Below are positions 31,517-42,003 of a DNA stretch of 64,000 bases, piece by piece. The stretch's first letter is position 1; the number at the start of each line of letters is the position of its first letter. The stretch covers positions 2,016,001 to 2,080,000 of the forward strand of contig CBDBKE010000004.1 in NCBI GenBank assembly GCA_965206645.1, given 5' to 3'. The notes beneath the pieces are model-generated. The model worked only from the letters and a program-made list of their open reading frames with translations. It was not told the DNA's origin and ran no database searches. This stretch comes from Terriglobia bacterium (GTDB lineage: Bacteria; Acidobacteriota; Terriglobia; JAJPHL01; JAPKYU01). The translations under genes were made by a program, and so were the position numbers.

Positions 31517-32660
31517 ACCGAGAAATACCGCTGGTAGCCTGTACCTCCGGCGCAATTCACGCGTCTGGTGGATGAGCTATCGAGAGCAGAACGGGAGGTG
31601 GAGACAGCCCTCGACAGGGCAGAGAGAAAAAGGGGAAGCCGAGAAGGTGATGCGCAAACGGTTGGTGGCCCGCGATGAGGGGTTGCTGCCGAGCGCCGCG
31701 CCGGGCGGGGAGATCAGGTTCAACGAGTGGGCGGACTGGTTCCTTGAGAACCGATCCAAACCACCCTTCCGGAGCGAGAAGACTCACTTGCAGAACCTCG
31801 GCGCGTTGAAGTTCCTGAGGCCCCGGTTCGGCAAGAACAGACTATCGGACATCACACCGGAAGATATCGAATCGTACCTGATGACCAGATTGAATACAGG
31901 CAAGCGGGTGCATACCAAGTTGGGGCTGCAACTTCGCGGCAGGCTCAAACCTGCCACCGTGCATCAGGAGTTTCGCGTCCTGAGACGCATCCTGAACGTG
32001 GCGGTGAAGAAGCGACGGCTGGCGGTCAATCCGTGTAATGGGGTGGAGTTTCCGGTCGCGTTGGCTGGTGCGACGCGCAAGCCTCACTATCTGACCGCCT
32101 CGAAGCAGGCCTGGCTGGAAGCCTGCGCGCCCCTGTACCTGCGCAACATCATCGCGATCATGGTGGAGATGGGGCTGCGGCCCTATCGCGAGTTGATCCC
32201 GATGCGAAAGGGACAGGTCGATCTGGAGAACGGGATCGTACATCTGCCGGATTCCAAGACGGTGAACGGCATCGCGGACATGCCGATGACCGACAGAACC
32301 CGCGAGGCGTTCGCCTCGCAGATGAAGCAGAGCGGCGATTCCAACTACCTGTTCCCGAGCCCGCGGATGGACTCGAGCAAGCCGCACATCACGACGGTGC
32401 AAAAGCTGTGGAACCGGACGCTCCAGCGCGCCGGGCTGCCGCATTTTTCGCTATACGAGCTGCGCCACACGTTTGCGACCCGGCTCAGCGCCGGGGGCGT
32501 AGCGGATCATTTCGTGACGCAGATGCTCCGACAAGGCGACGCCTCGGTGTTCAAGCGCTACAGCCAGGCGAAGCTCAACATGATGCGGGAAGCGCTGTCC
32601 AAGCTCGACCGACAGGCGAACGAGCACGGCGCGAGTTCCTTTACAGCGCTGGCCATCTAG
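31500..32660 (+). CDS. Tyrosine recombinase/integrase A
   Basis: RBS GGAGG; arm-binding-type N-terminus (GSLY...WWMSY); GLR, DSKT, YELRH and KRY. Confidence 0.92.
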   Translation: MNKTGRPRNTAGSLYLRRNSRVWWMSYREQNGRWRQPSTGQREKGEAEKVMRKRLVARDEGLLPSAAPGGEIRFNEWADWFLENRSKPPFRSEKTHLQNLGALKFLRPRFGKNRLSDITPEDIESYLMTRLNTGKRVHTKLGLQLRGRLKPATVHQEFRVLRRILNVAVKKRRLAVNPCNGVEFPVALAGATRKPHYLTASKQAWLEACAPLYLRNIIAIMVEMGLRPYRELIPMRKGQVDLENGIVHLPDSKTVNGIADMPMTDRTREAFASQMKQSGDSNYLFPSPRMDSSKPHITTVQKLWNRTLQRAGLPHFSLYELRHTFATRLSAGGVADHFVTQMLRQGDASVFKRYSQAKLNMMREALSKLDRQANEHGASSFTALAI

Positions 32661-32745
32661 AGCCAGTTTTTTGACAGTTTCTTTACAGTTCCGTCTTCGG
32701 CAACGAGACGCAAGGCAGACGGGTGATGAAAACAAATAAGTTAAA
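32661..32745 (+). other. att arm between integrase A and the tRNA 3' end
   Basis: AGTTTTTTGACAGTTTCTTTACAGT tandem motif shared with repeat A; IHF-like AAACAAATAAGTTA. Confidence 0.65.
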
Positions 32746-32822
32746 TGGTGGGCGGTGGAGGGCTCGAACCTCCGACCTCCTGCTTGTAAGGCAGGCGCTC
32801 TGACCAACTGAGCTAACCGCCC
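32746..32822 (-). tRNA. tRNA-Val (anticodon TAC), CCA encoded
   Basis: GGGCGGTTAGCTCAGTTGGTCAGAGCGCCTGCCTTACAAGCAGGAGGTCGGAGGTTCGAGCCCTCCACCGCCCACCA folds as a cloverleaf. Confidence 0.97.
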
Positions 32823-32923
32823 GACTGAAATCACTCTATTGATTCTAAACCACTTCCGAATTTCGAAAAACTCCAGAACGCCCCCAGAGAGGGCCAAATA
32901 CCCCTCGACCGTGACAAAACCCC

Positions 32924-34066
32924 TCAATTTGGTCGCTCCGTGACAAAACTCCGGTTGGCCTCGTTTGCCATCCGGTTCAGCTTTTGTAAAGCCTCACGCT
33001 TCATTTGCAGCTTCATTTGCGAATATTTCTTGAACACTTTCGCGTCCCCTTGACGGAGAAGCTGCGTAACCCACTCGTCCGCCACTCCGCCGGCGCTCAA
33101 CCGTGTCGCGTACGTCGAGCGCAGATCGTAGATGCGGAAGTAAGGGACCTTGGCCCTTCGCGAAACGGCGTGCCAGACTGTCTTCAGAGTCTTTTGGTGC
33201 GTGCTTGGGTTATTGTGACTCGGGAAAAGCCAAGGGCCAGGCCCCGAGATTCGAATCTGACCACGAAACGCTTCAAGAGCAACGTTGGTCAGTGGGACCT
33301 CCGAGATTCCGTTGGGCGTCTTTGAATCCGCAATCCAGACCACCGCATTGTCCAGGTCCACCTGATCCTTTTTCATCGGCAGCAGCTCCTTGTATATGCG
33401 GAGTCCGGTCTCGGTGATGATCCGAATAATGTTTTGCAGATACTCGGGCGCTTGAAGTTCAACTCTCTGTTGTTCGGACCAGGATATGTAGTGCGGCCGG
33501 AAGAGCCCCTTGACTTTGACGGGGAACTCGACTCCCAGACACGGATTTGCCGGAAGCAGTTTCTTCCGCACCGCGACATTCAGCATTCGGCGAAGTACCC
33601 GCAATTCCTGATGCACCGTTGCGGGCTTGAGCCGCCCGCGCTGAACGACACCTACGGCAGTTCGGACTGGCACTCGATCCTGCAGCCGGCGCCGCAAGTA
33701 GAGCTCCACATCGTCGGCTGTGAGATCGCCCAAATTCCGGTCCTCGAAAGCCTTCTTAAGATGCGCGCTGCACCGCAGATTAGCTTCGTGGGTCCGGTGC
33801 GCGCGAATCGGAGGCTGCGAGTAATTCTCCAAGAAAAACTCCACCCAATCAGCAAATCGAAAATGCTCTCCTTTCCGGACGATGTCCAAGATCCTATCGT
33901 CCCTTGCCTGAAGGCGCTCTCGGAGCTTCCGCTGCGCCTCGTCCCAATTCTCGGTGAACGTCGACTCTCGGATCCGCTTACCGCTACGGTCCCGATAGGA
34001 CATCCAGAGAATCCTGCCGTCATTGCGTTTATAAACGGCGCCATCGTGTTTACTCGGCCTTGCCAT
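32924..34066 (-). CDS. Tyrosine recombinase/integrase B
   Basis: Paralog of integrase A; GLR, DSKT, YDLRS and KKY; direct repeats CCGTGACAAAAC at 32909 and 32938. Confidence 0.92.
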   Translation of the reverse strand: MARPSKHDGAVYKRNDGRILWMSYRDRSGKRIRESTFTENWDEAQRKLRERLQARDDRILDIVRKGEHFRFADWVEFFLENYSQPPIRAHRTHEANLRCSAHLKKAFEDRNLGDLTADDVELYLRRRLQDRVPVRTAVGVVQRGRLKPATVHQELRVLRRMLNVAVRKKLLPANPCLGVEFPVKVKGLFRPHYISWSEQQRVELQAPEYLQNIIRIITETGLRIYKELLPMKKDQVDLDNAVVWIADSKTPNGISEVPLTNVALEAFRGQIRISGPGPWLFPSHNNPSTHQKTLKTVWHAVSRRAKVPYFRIYDLRSTYATRLSAGGVADEWVTQLLRQGDAKVFKKYSQMKLQMKREALQKLNRMANEANRSFVTERPN

Positions 34067-34271
34067 TCTCCACCTCCTGTCTGAAGCTTGCGCGGAAGGG
34101 CTCGAGATCCGATTTGAGAAACCGGATGTTCCGGCCCATCACGCGGAGATGGGGAATCTGCTTTCGCTCGACCCAAAGATACACGGTTTGAGGGCTAACA
34201 CCAAGGTACATGGAAGCATCTCTAACGGTCAGGGGAAAATCCGTATTTCGCTGCTCTGCGCTCCCCGGCAT
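34050..34271 (-). CDS. Excisionase-like HTH_17 protein (module B)
   Basis: LTVRDASMYLGVSPQTVY...IPHLRVMGRNIRF. Confidence 0.85.
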   Translation of the reverse strand: MPGSAEQRNTDFPLTVRDASMYLGVSPQTVYLWVERKQIPHLRVMGRNIRFLKSDLEPFRASFRQEVENGKAE

Positions 34272-34493
34272 CAACTCTCCCCGTCCTTCCTCATGGCTGG
34301 TCCGGGCCATATTTGCCTTCCCTTAAGAGTCCAGAAAAAACGATTAGCGACCTGGGTGAAAGCTTGCCACGACGATTGCCCCACGCTGAAAACTCAGTCG
34401 CATCAGCGCTACACGCAGGTTGAAGTTCCGCTCTTGGGGCTTTGTTAAGTAGGGTCGCGCTGTCCGATCCGACCTCCGGAAAGGTGTTATGGC

Positions 34494-34772
34494 TTATCGC
34501 AGCACAGGGGAGCCACGAAAAATTTGAACGTGGTCTTGGGAAGGAGCGACGCGAACCCCCGTCCTCTCCCCTCTCCACGCCGGACCGAGCGCTTTACCAG
34601 ATCCACCTTCCGCCCCGGATCGGCGAGTCCGGCGGCCTGCGTCTTCGGGAAAGACGCCGTATTCCTCGGCGATCCAGGCCGGGACTTCCCGCGTCTCCTC
34701 ACCGCCCCGGCCGAGCTCCCGTTCGAAGTCTTCCAGAGTCTTCACTCGTATGATTTTTTCTTCATCCGTCAT
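34494..34772 (-). CDS. Small hypothetical protein (module B)
   Basis: KTLEDFERELGRGGEET.EVPAWIAE.YGVFPED is shared with 31110-31301. Confidence 0.6.
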   Translation of the reverse strand: MTDEEKIIRVKTLEDFERELGRGGEETREVPAWIAEEYGVFPEDAGRRTRRSGAEGGSGKALGPAWRGERTGVRVAPSQDHVQIFRGSPVLR

Positions 34773-35490
34773 CGTGTTCCCTCCAGATCGGCTTGATAAG
34801 CCAGCGGTTTTGCGGCGCGTCGTAACCCTGGACGAGCAGCGCTTCCTCCACGAACCGACGTCCCTCTCGCCGGGTCATGTGAATCACCATAGCGATGCCG
34901 TCCACCACGCCCCGGCAGGTCACCTCCCAGGGAAGCTCGCCGCCGCCCTGCATGGCGCAACTGGCGATGCGCGACAAGGCCGACTCGGCGTTGTTGGCGT
35001 GTACGGTCGTGAGGGAGCCGCCGTGTCCGGTATTGAGGGCTTGCAATAGATCAGCGGCCTCCCCGCCCCGGACCTCGCCCACCACGATGTGATCCGGGCG
35101 GTGGCGAAGCGCGTGGCGCACCAGGTTGCGGATCGTCACCGCGCCGGTTTCCAGCCCGCGAGCCTCGAAGCGGACGCAATTAGAGCGATCAATGCGAAGC
35201 TCCAGCGTGTCCTCGATGGCGACAATTCGCTCGTCATCCGGTAGTAGTTCGATCAGCGCATTGAGCAAGGTGGTCTTGCCCGAGCCGGTGCCGCCTGAAA
35301 CCAGAACGTTGCGTCGGGAGCACAACACCCGCTCGGCTTCCGCCCGCACGTTTTCGGGGAGTGCGCCTTGCCCCACCAGATCATCGGCGGAAAACGAGCG
35401 CTTGCCAAAGCGCCGCACCGTAATAGCCACGCGAGGACTTGCGGGCGGCACACAGATTGCAACCCGCGAGCCATCCTCCAAGCGGGCGGC
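34762..35490 (-). pseudogene. VirB11/TrbB ATPase (module B), 5'-truncated by repeat A copy 4
   Basis: Very similar to 30148-31113 from ARLEDGSR onward; the N-terminal part is replaced by repeat A. Confidence 0.88.
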
Positions 35491-35657
35491 GACTTTCCAC
35501 GGTTTTCTCCCAACTCTTTCCTCTCGTTGCTCTTACACGGTTTTGGGGCGTCTGCTTTCGCTCGCACGCCTACAGCCTAGCCCGCTTGATGGGCGAGTTT
35601 CCTGACGGTTTCTTGACGGTGGTTACTTCTACGGCCATGCTCTACTGGCTGCGCAGC
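35479..35657 (+). repeat. Repeat A copy 4
   Basis: Homology with copy 5 continues to about 35744. Confidence 0.85.
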
Positions 35658-36009
35658 ACGTTGTTGCAGTAATGGTTTTTGATCTGCTATAGCCCGGCTC
35701 GTCGTGAGGACCGTTTTGTCGAGCCATGGAATCTACTTTCCCTATTATCAATCGGGGCCAGGAGAGGAAACGATGCCGCGATTCAAGGAACATCAATTAC
35801 AACTAGTGGGCTTGATAGGTCGTTTTGAGACTGATTCATCATCGACTCACGTCCGTAACGCGCTCGCGGCGATAGGGCGCTTGAAGGATGCCGGAGCCAA
35901 AGTTTGGAATGAGGATCCCCAGAAACTACGCCGATGGCAAGAATATTGCGCCACTTTGTGGACGTTTCTCAACAGCAGTTTGCGACAACGCCGGCATCTT
36001 AAGAAGCAA

Positions 36010-36291
36010 GATTTGGCTACGATCAATCGTCACGACGTGCCGTCCAGTCTGCACCGTTGCGTGGCGACGACGAATGTGATCGAGAGTCCGCAATCGGGGG
36101 TGCGGAAAAAGACGGGCAATGTTTGCCGCTGGCGCGACGGGGAGATGATCTTGCGCTGGGCAGCGGGAGCGTTCCTGCTGACTGAAAAGAAGTTTCGTAG
36201 AACCATGGGCTATCAGGACCTGTGTGCCTTGGCCGGCATTCTCGGCCGAACGAGTATCGCTACTGCCGCTGAGAAGGAGAAAGGGACGTAA
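36010..36291 (+). pseudogene. IS256 transposase C-terminal fragment
   Basis: TINR...SLHRCVATTNVIESPQ...EKKFRR is homologous to 10493-11782. Confidence 0.8.
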
Positions 36292-36292
36292 C

Positions 36293-38219
36293 ATGAACCT
36301 GCAAAGTAGTTTAAGACACCCTCACCTCAAGATTCCGCGGGCAATGATGCGGATGCAGACCCGCTGGCTTAGAAGATTCTACGACGAGGGCGAAGAGCAC
36401 TTCGACTTCGGGTTCAATAAACTGAAGGCCGAGACAGACCACCTTACGCCCGAGGAATGGGAGAAGGACGAGGATTTTTACCTCGAACAGCGCTACGACT
36501 TGAAGTCTTTGCGGGAGCTGAAAAGGCACTTCTCAATTGTTGGACTGTTCACGGTGTTCGAGATTGCCAGCTCAACCGGTCGATGCAACACAAGCGTTAA
36601 ATCGTTCTGCCGGAGTTTCAAACTCCAGCGTCTGACGGGGCCGTTCGTTCAGCTGACGTGCCACCTTGTTCAGATGCGCCTGAGAGTGCACCGACAAGTC
36701 CGTTCCCTTGGGGAAGTACTGTCGAAGTAGACCGTTGGTGTTCTCATTCGAACCGCGCTGCCATGGACTCTGAGGATCACAGAAGTATACGTCAATGTCG
36801 GTCGCCAACGTGAACCGTCGATGCTCGGCGAGCTCCAGGCCTCGATCCCAAGTCAGAGATTTGTACAGTTCCGTCGGCAGCTTCTTCGCGTGCTTGATGA
36901 GCGCCGACACGACCGTCTCCGTTTTCTTGCTGGATACTTTCGTAAGCATCACGTAGCGCGTATGACGTTCGACCAGAGTCGCAATGTGGCTGTTCTTCGA
37001 TCCGGACAGCAGATCGCCTTCCCAATGACCGGGCACGGCACGATCTTCGACCGAGGCCGGGCGCTCACGGATCGATACGATGTCGGTGATCTGTCCTCGT
37101 CCATGGCCTCTCAGACTTGCATGTCGGGATCGACGAATCGTCCGCTTTGACCGCAGATGCTGCATCAGCTCTGCCTTCAGCGCACCGCGGGCTTGAACAA
37201 ACAGGCTGCGGTAGATGGTCTCGTGAGACACGTGATAGGACGGATCCTTCGGATAGGCTCGTTTCAGCCAGCTGGCGATCTGCTCAGGCGACCAGTTTAT
37301 GCTGAGCTTTCTGGCCACTACCCGTCGTAGTTGTGGATGCTTGACCAGCTGACACCGCTTCGGCCGGCGGGCCCTCTCCCCGGCTTGCTCATCGGCCTCC
37401 GCTGCTCGATAGTCATTATCGCCGCCATTCCGCCGAATCTCCCGGCTCACCGTCGATGGTGAGCGACCCAGCAACCCGGCGATGGATCGTATCGATTGAT
37501 GTGCCGCAATGCCTCGAGAGATCTCTTCGCGCTCCGACAACGTCAGTGCCCAACATGAACGGCGTGGTGGCCGAGGACGGATGCCTCCGTACGGAGCAAG
37601 CTGATGGTAAACAGACGATGGCTGCTTACAAAACACTCGTCCAATCGACTTGAGCGACTCCCCTCGTTTCCACCGATCCCACACCTCCTCCAGTTCCGCC
37701 AGCGTGTAACCGCGACGAGCTCTTTGCTTCATCCGCATACACTCCACCTCCTCCTTTCAAGGCAAAGTGTTGCGTCGATGGGTTGAGACCACCATGTTTA
37801 TCCGGAATACGCTGCAGGAGCTTTACTTGGCGGGTGCGGATGTGCCAAAGCTGAATAAGCGCTGGTGTCTCGACAAGATGAAGGAGATATTCAAGGCAGC
37901 AGGCGTGCCCATAACGGAACCCGATCGTGACTGGAATTCCATCAAGAAATTACAGGCCATCCGAAACTGCATAACCCACCTCGACGGCCGACCTGACGAG
38001 GAAACCGTGCGGCAGCTTAAAGGCTATAACTGTCACGTAATCAAGGGCGTGTGGATGAAACTTCCTGCTAGCTATTTTGAGGAGAGCGCCGACTTGGTCG
38101 AACGAATCTGCGAGTGCATCGTCGAGGACTGCCAGAACGCCGTGAAGGAAAAGCGTGTCAAGGCGCGTGCCCGCAAGGCCCGAGGCGAGAAGACGACATC
38201 ATCCGCACGTTCCTCTTAG
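36293..38219 (+). pseudogene. HEPN-domain protein interrupted by IS30
   Basis: Removing IS30 and one AT restores the frame FTVFE-MFIRN; contains the R-X4-H motif RNCITH. Confidence 0.75.
36565..37793 (-). mobile_element. IS30-family element; transposase 36572-37747
   Basis: WSPEQI, GHWEGD, TWDRG and QRGSNENTN motifs; 2-bp AT duplication. Confidence 0.95.
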
Positions 38220-38594
38220 CGTATGAGGACACATACTGGAGCAGCATCGAGCCGACGTTTCGCCTTTTCTTGGACCCCGTGTTGAAGACCCCCCTGTCCC
38301 ATAGTCCGAGCTTCAAGGTGAAGTGGCCCGTATGCGAGCGGAAGAAGTTTCCCGGCGGCGCGCCTTATCTGTCATCACTGTCCGCTTGAGGGGTGTTATT
38401 GGTGCGCCGCGCCCGCACGGTCTCTCCGAGGTCGTCGTTCCGGCGCCGCCAGACTGACCTCCACGGAGCCGCACTGAAACCACTAAGGACACCAGGCGAC
38501 GCCCCGTAGCGTTGGATTTTGCCCCGTTGCTATCGTAACCCCGAATGGGTCCGGCTTTTCGAGGGTACCGACCAGATTCGTGTTGAAATACACG

Positions 38595-38735
38595 CTAACG
38601 GCTCGGCCTGAGCCCTCGGGCGCGCATGAAGCTGTAGAGGGTGGTACGGGACACGCCCGTGATCTTGGCGATGGCGGTCTTGGAAACGCCCAGCTCGAGG
38701 AAACGTCGGATTTCGTCGTTACGATCACCGCTGCT
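38595..38735 (-). pseudogene. Resolvase C-terminal HTH fragment
   Basis: EIRRFLELGVSKTAIAKITGVSRTTLY. Confidence 0.55.
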
Positions 38736-38736
38736 T

Positions 38737-39057
38737 TCACGGCGCCTGGCGATCCGCTTCCAGAATCCGGTCGATGCGCGGCCGCACCGGCCTCAGCTTG
38801 CCCGGCCGTCGCTCCGGTTTCTTGCGCCGAGGAGGCACGGCCTGCGCAATCGCCTCCCGCACTATCCGCCGGTGTACTCCCAGCTTCCGCGCTACCCCAC
38901 GGATCGTTCCCACCCCGAACTCGTACTCCCGTCGAATCTCTTCAAATAGTTCCACCCTCGATCTCCTCGTCACCCGTCCCCTCCGTTCCAACTCCAAACT
39001 TGAAACAGACTCTCCTGGTCAGTTGTCAGGGGTGGGCCAATTGAGAGTAGCGAAATC
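38737..39057 (-). mobile_element. IS21 IstA N-terminal remnant with the element end
   Basis: [11 protein letters not shown]...[13 protein letters not shown]...IDRILEAD. Confidence 0.75.
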
Positions 39058-39062
39058 ACCAC

Positions 39063-39401
39063 GTGTGCTTCGATGTAACGAACGTGGGAGAACGGCCCGT
39101 AATCATCACCACAGTAGGTTGGGTTGTCGGAAAGCGAAAGAAGCGCAGGTACTGTGTTCAGCCCCTATTGGCGTCCAGGTCGCAGCATTGCCCTGTTGAA
39201 CTCACGCACGAGAAAAATGCCAAGCTCATGGTTTCGCTGACCGAAGCGCCGAGCTGGGTAAGTGATTTCAAGAAGTTCCTCGATGACACCTCAGACCAGT
39301 CACTGAAGACGCTCAGGGCGCAGGTCTTTACATCGGTAGGACAAACCTTCGAAATCAAACCCGAAAGCGAGCTGATTGGTCGGCTTCGTTGGGGTTGCTG
39401 A
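39063..39401 (+). pseudogene. Hypothetical protein, 5'-truncated
   Basis: VTNVGERPVIIT; abuts the IS21 remnant. Confidence 0.45.
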
Positions 39402-39685
39402 AACGGTGCCTTGAGCCGTTTTGATTTTTCTGGTCGGTTTTGCATAGTAGTCGTCGCTCCTACTACTTGTTCTTTAACTACATGTCTTCTATTTGTATGG
39501 TCTTCCCGAAACAGCGAAGAATCGGCCCGGCGAGTCTTCCTGAAACGGCGTGGAAAACTCCCTCGATTCACCGGCCCTTGTGGAAAAATATCGTCACAGG
39601 AAGTCCCAGGAGCGATTTTCAGCGTCCGGAGGCCCTGCAACCTTCGGGCAAACGCAAGAAGCCGTCAGAGGCGAGCTTTGCGGTT

Positions 39686-41931
39686 CTAGCTTGCTAGCTG
39701 AGGATGATCCGAAGGTGGAATGGTGGGCCGTGAGGGGTGAAGGATCAGGACGCCCGGCGCGGTTGTGTAGTTCAGGCCGGACCAGGCTAGCTTGATCTTC
39801 TTCAACTCCCGGATCACCTTGCGTTGGAAGTTGCGGACGGTGACTCTGTCGCTGGCCTTGTCCGGGTGTGCTCCGAACTGGCGGTACACCTGTCGCCAGG
39901 AGAGACGCTGCGGAGCGGGAAGGTGCGGTAGACCAACCAGAGGTAGAGGTCGAGGCCCAGCGAAGAGCGTTTGAGCGCCGTGAGGGTGTTCATATCGAGC
40001 GGTACAGGGTGGCGGATTGACCTGCCTGGCGATTTCCGGACCAGCTGAAGCCTGAGAGAATGGCGCCCTCGGAGAAACGAGGGAGCCATGAAGAAGACCC
40101 GGTTTACCGAAGAGCAGATGGTGACGATCCTCCGCGAGGCCGATCAGCGGCCCGTTCCGGAGGTGGCCAAAAAGAACGGCGTCAGCGCCCAGACGCTCTA
40201 CGCCTGGCGGAAACACTTCGGCACGTTGGAGCCCGCCGATGTGAAGCGGCTGCGGCAGCTCGAGCAGGAGAACGGCCGGCTGAAAAAGATGGTGGCCGAT
40301 CGAGATCTGGAGATCGACGTGCTCAAGGAGATCACCCGAAAAAAATGGTAGGCGCACGCGTGCGCCGGCCGCAGGTCGCGTATGCACGTGCACGCGGTCT
40401 GTCGGGTCGCCGCGCGTGCGCCTTGCTCTCCGTCGCACGGTCCACGCTGGGCTACCAGTCGCGGCTGGTCGACCGGGATGCCCCGGCGCTGGCCGCGATG
40501 CGTCGTCTGGCGGCGCAGTATCCGTGGTACGGCTATCGCCGGATTCGGATTTTCCTAAAACGCGAAGGGCACACGATGAGCACGGACCGGACCCATCGCC
40601 TCTGGCGCCAGGCGGGGTTGCAGGTGCCTCGGCGGCGGCCGCGGCGCCGGGTCGCCCTGAGCCGGCCCCGCCCGGTGCCCGCCACTGCGGTCAATCACGT
40701 CTGGGCGTACGACTTCGTGTTCGACACCTGCGCGAATGGGCAGACGCTCAAGTGCCTCACCGTCGTCGACGAATGGACCCGCGAGTCACTCGCGATCGAC
40801 GTGGCCGGCGGCATTCGGTTCGGGCGCGTTATCGAGGTGCTCACGCAGCTCGTGAGCCTCCACGGAGCCCCACGTTACCTCCGGTCCGACAACGGCCCCG
40901 AGTTTGTCGCGGGTGCGATTCTCCGGTGGCTGCTCCAGGCGCAGATCGAAACCGCGCTCATCGAGCCGGGGAAGCCGTGGCAGAATGCGACCGACGAATC
41001 GTTCAACGGGAAGTTCCGCGACGAGTATCTGAGCCTGCAGTGGTTTCGGAACCGCGTGGACGCGAAGGTGGGGATCGAGCAATGGCGACGGCACTACAAC
41101 GACGTGCGACCGCACTTGAGCCTTGGCTATCTGACGCCAGCCGAGTTCAAAGCGCAGCTCCGTGCTGGCTCGGATGACGGTGGGCGCTCGCCGGCGATGC
41201 CGGCTCACGCTGACCAAGAAGAACACGAGAGCGACTTAACCATGCCGACTGGCGCTGTTCTCCAGTAATCGGTGGTCCGAAGAAAGCCGGCAGGTCAGGA
41301 TGATCTCGTTGAAGAACGCCTCAGCTAAATAAATCTTGCTGTCCCACAGCATCGGCTCGTCAGGCTTACGCTCGTTCCACCAAAAATCAGTAAGGTCGGC
41401 AATCAGAGCGGTGGCGGTCGTTTCGCGCCGCGCATCCCCATAGACCAGCGAGACGCTGCAACCAAACAGCCGCTTCATCTGGTTGCGGAGGCGGGTGTAC
41501 TTTCCGCCGCTGGTGCTGTAAACACCGAGCGCTCGCATGAAGTCCGCCAGCGATTTCCCCAGAACCAGCTCGCGGTTTTGGGTTCGTACCGCTTCGGTGC
41601 AGAGCCAGGCCAGGATCAAACGCGGCAGGTTGCCGAAGGGGAGCTTGTTGCCGCCCGTCACCGTCATGTAGAGGGTGAATGGCCCGTTGACGCGTTTGTA
41701 TTGAAGCCGGTTGCCGGGGTTGCTCCGGGGCAACGAGCAGAGCGCCATCGTTCGCGCCATAAAACCCCAGTCGGGGTCCGCTTCGCTGGCCCCGACCAAC
41801 TGGTTTACCTGATCGGCGAGGGTGAAGCCCCGCCGCGCCGGTGGTGGGGTTTCGCGGAGCGCCTTGACCGGCCCGTCCAGATCGGCGATGACTTCACCGA
41901 CGGGAACCAACTCGCCGCGTTGACGCTGCAT
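39686..41931 (-). pseudogene. RepA_C-type replication initiator interrupted by IS3
   Basis: GFMARTMALCSLP, LPFGNLPRLILAW and RLRNQMKRLF; rejoins as FFNEII-RHPVPLDM. Confidence 0.85.
40018..41297 (+). mobile_element. IS3-family element of a second type; orfA 40088-40351, orfB to 41268
   Basis: TGACCTGCC / GGCAGGTCA ends; GGAT duplication; A-run frameshift site; WAYDF and SDNGPEF. Confidence 0.95.
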
Positions 41932-42003
41932 GCCCTATTCTCCCATGCCCCTCAGACAAGACAGGGACACCACTCATCACAACCAGAGAAAGCGACAGAG
42001 AAA

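Noticed and set aside
35704-36291. 195-aa ORF as a novel gene
   Set aside because: Its C-terminal half is an IS256 transposase fragment fused to unrelated sequence.
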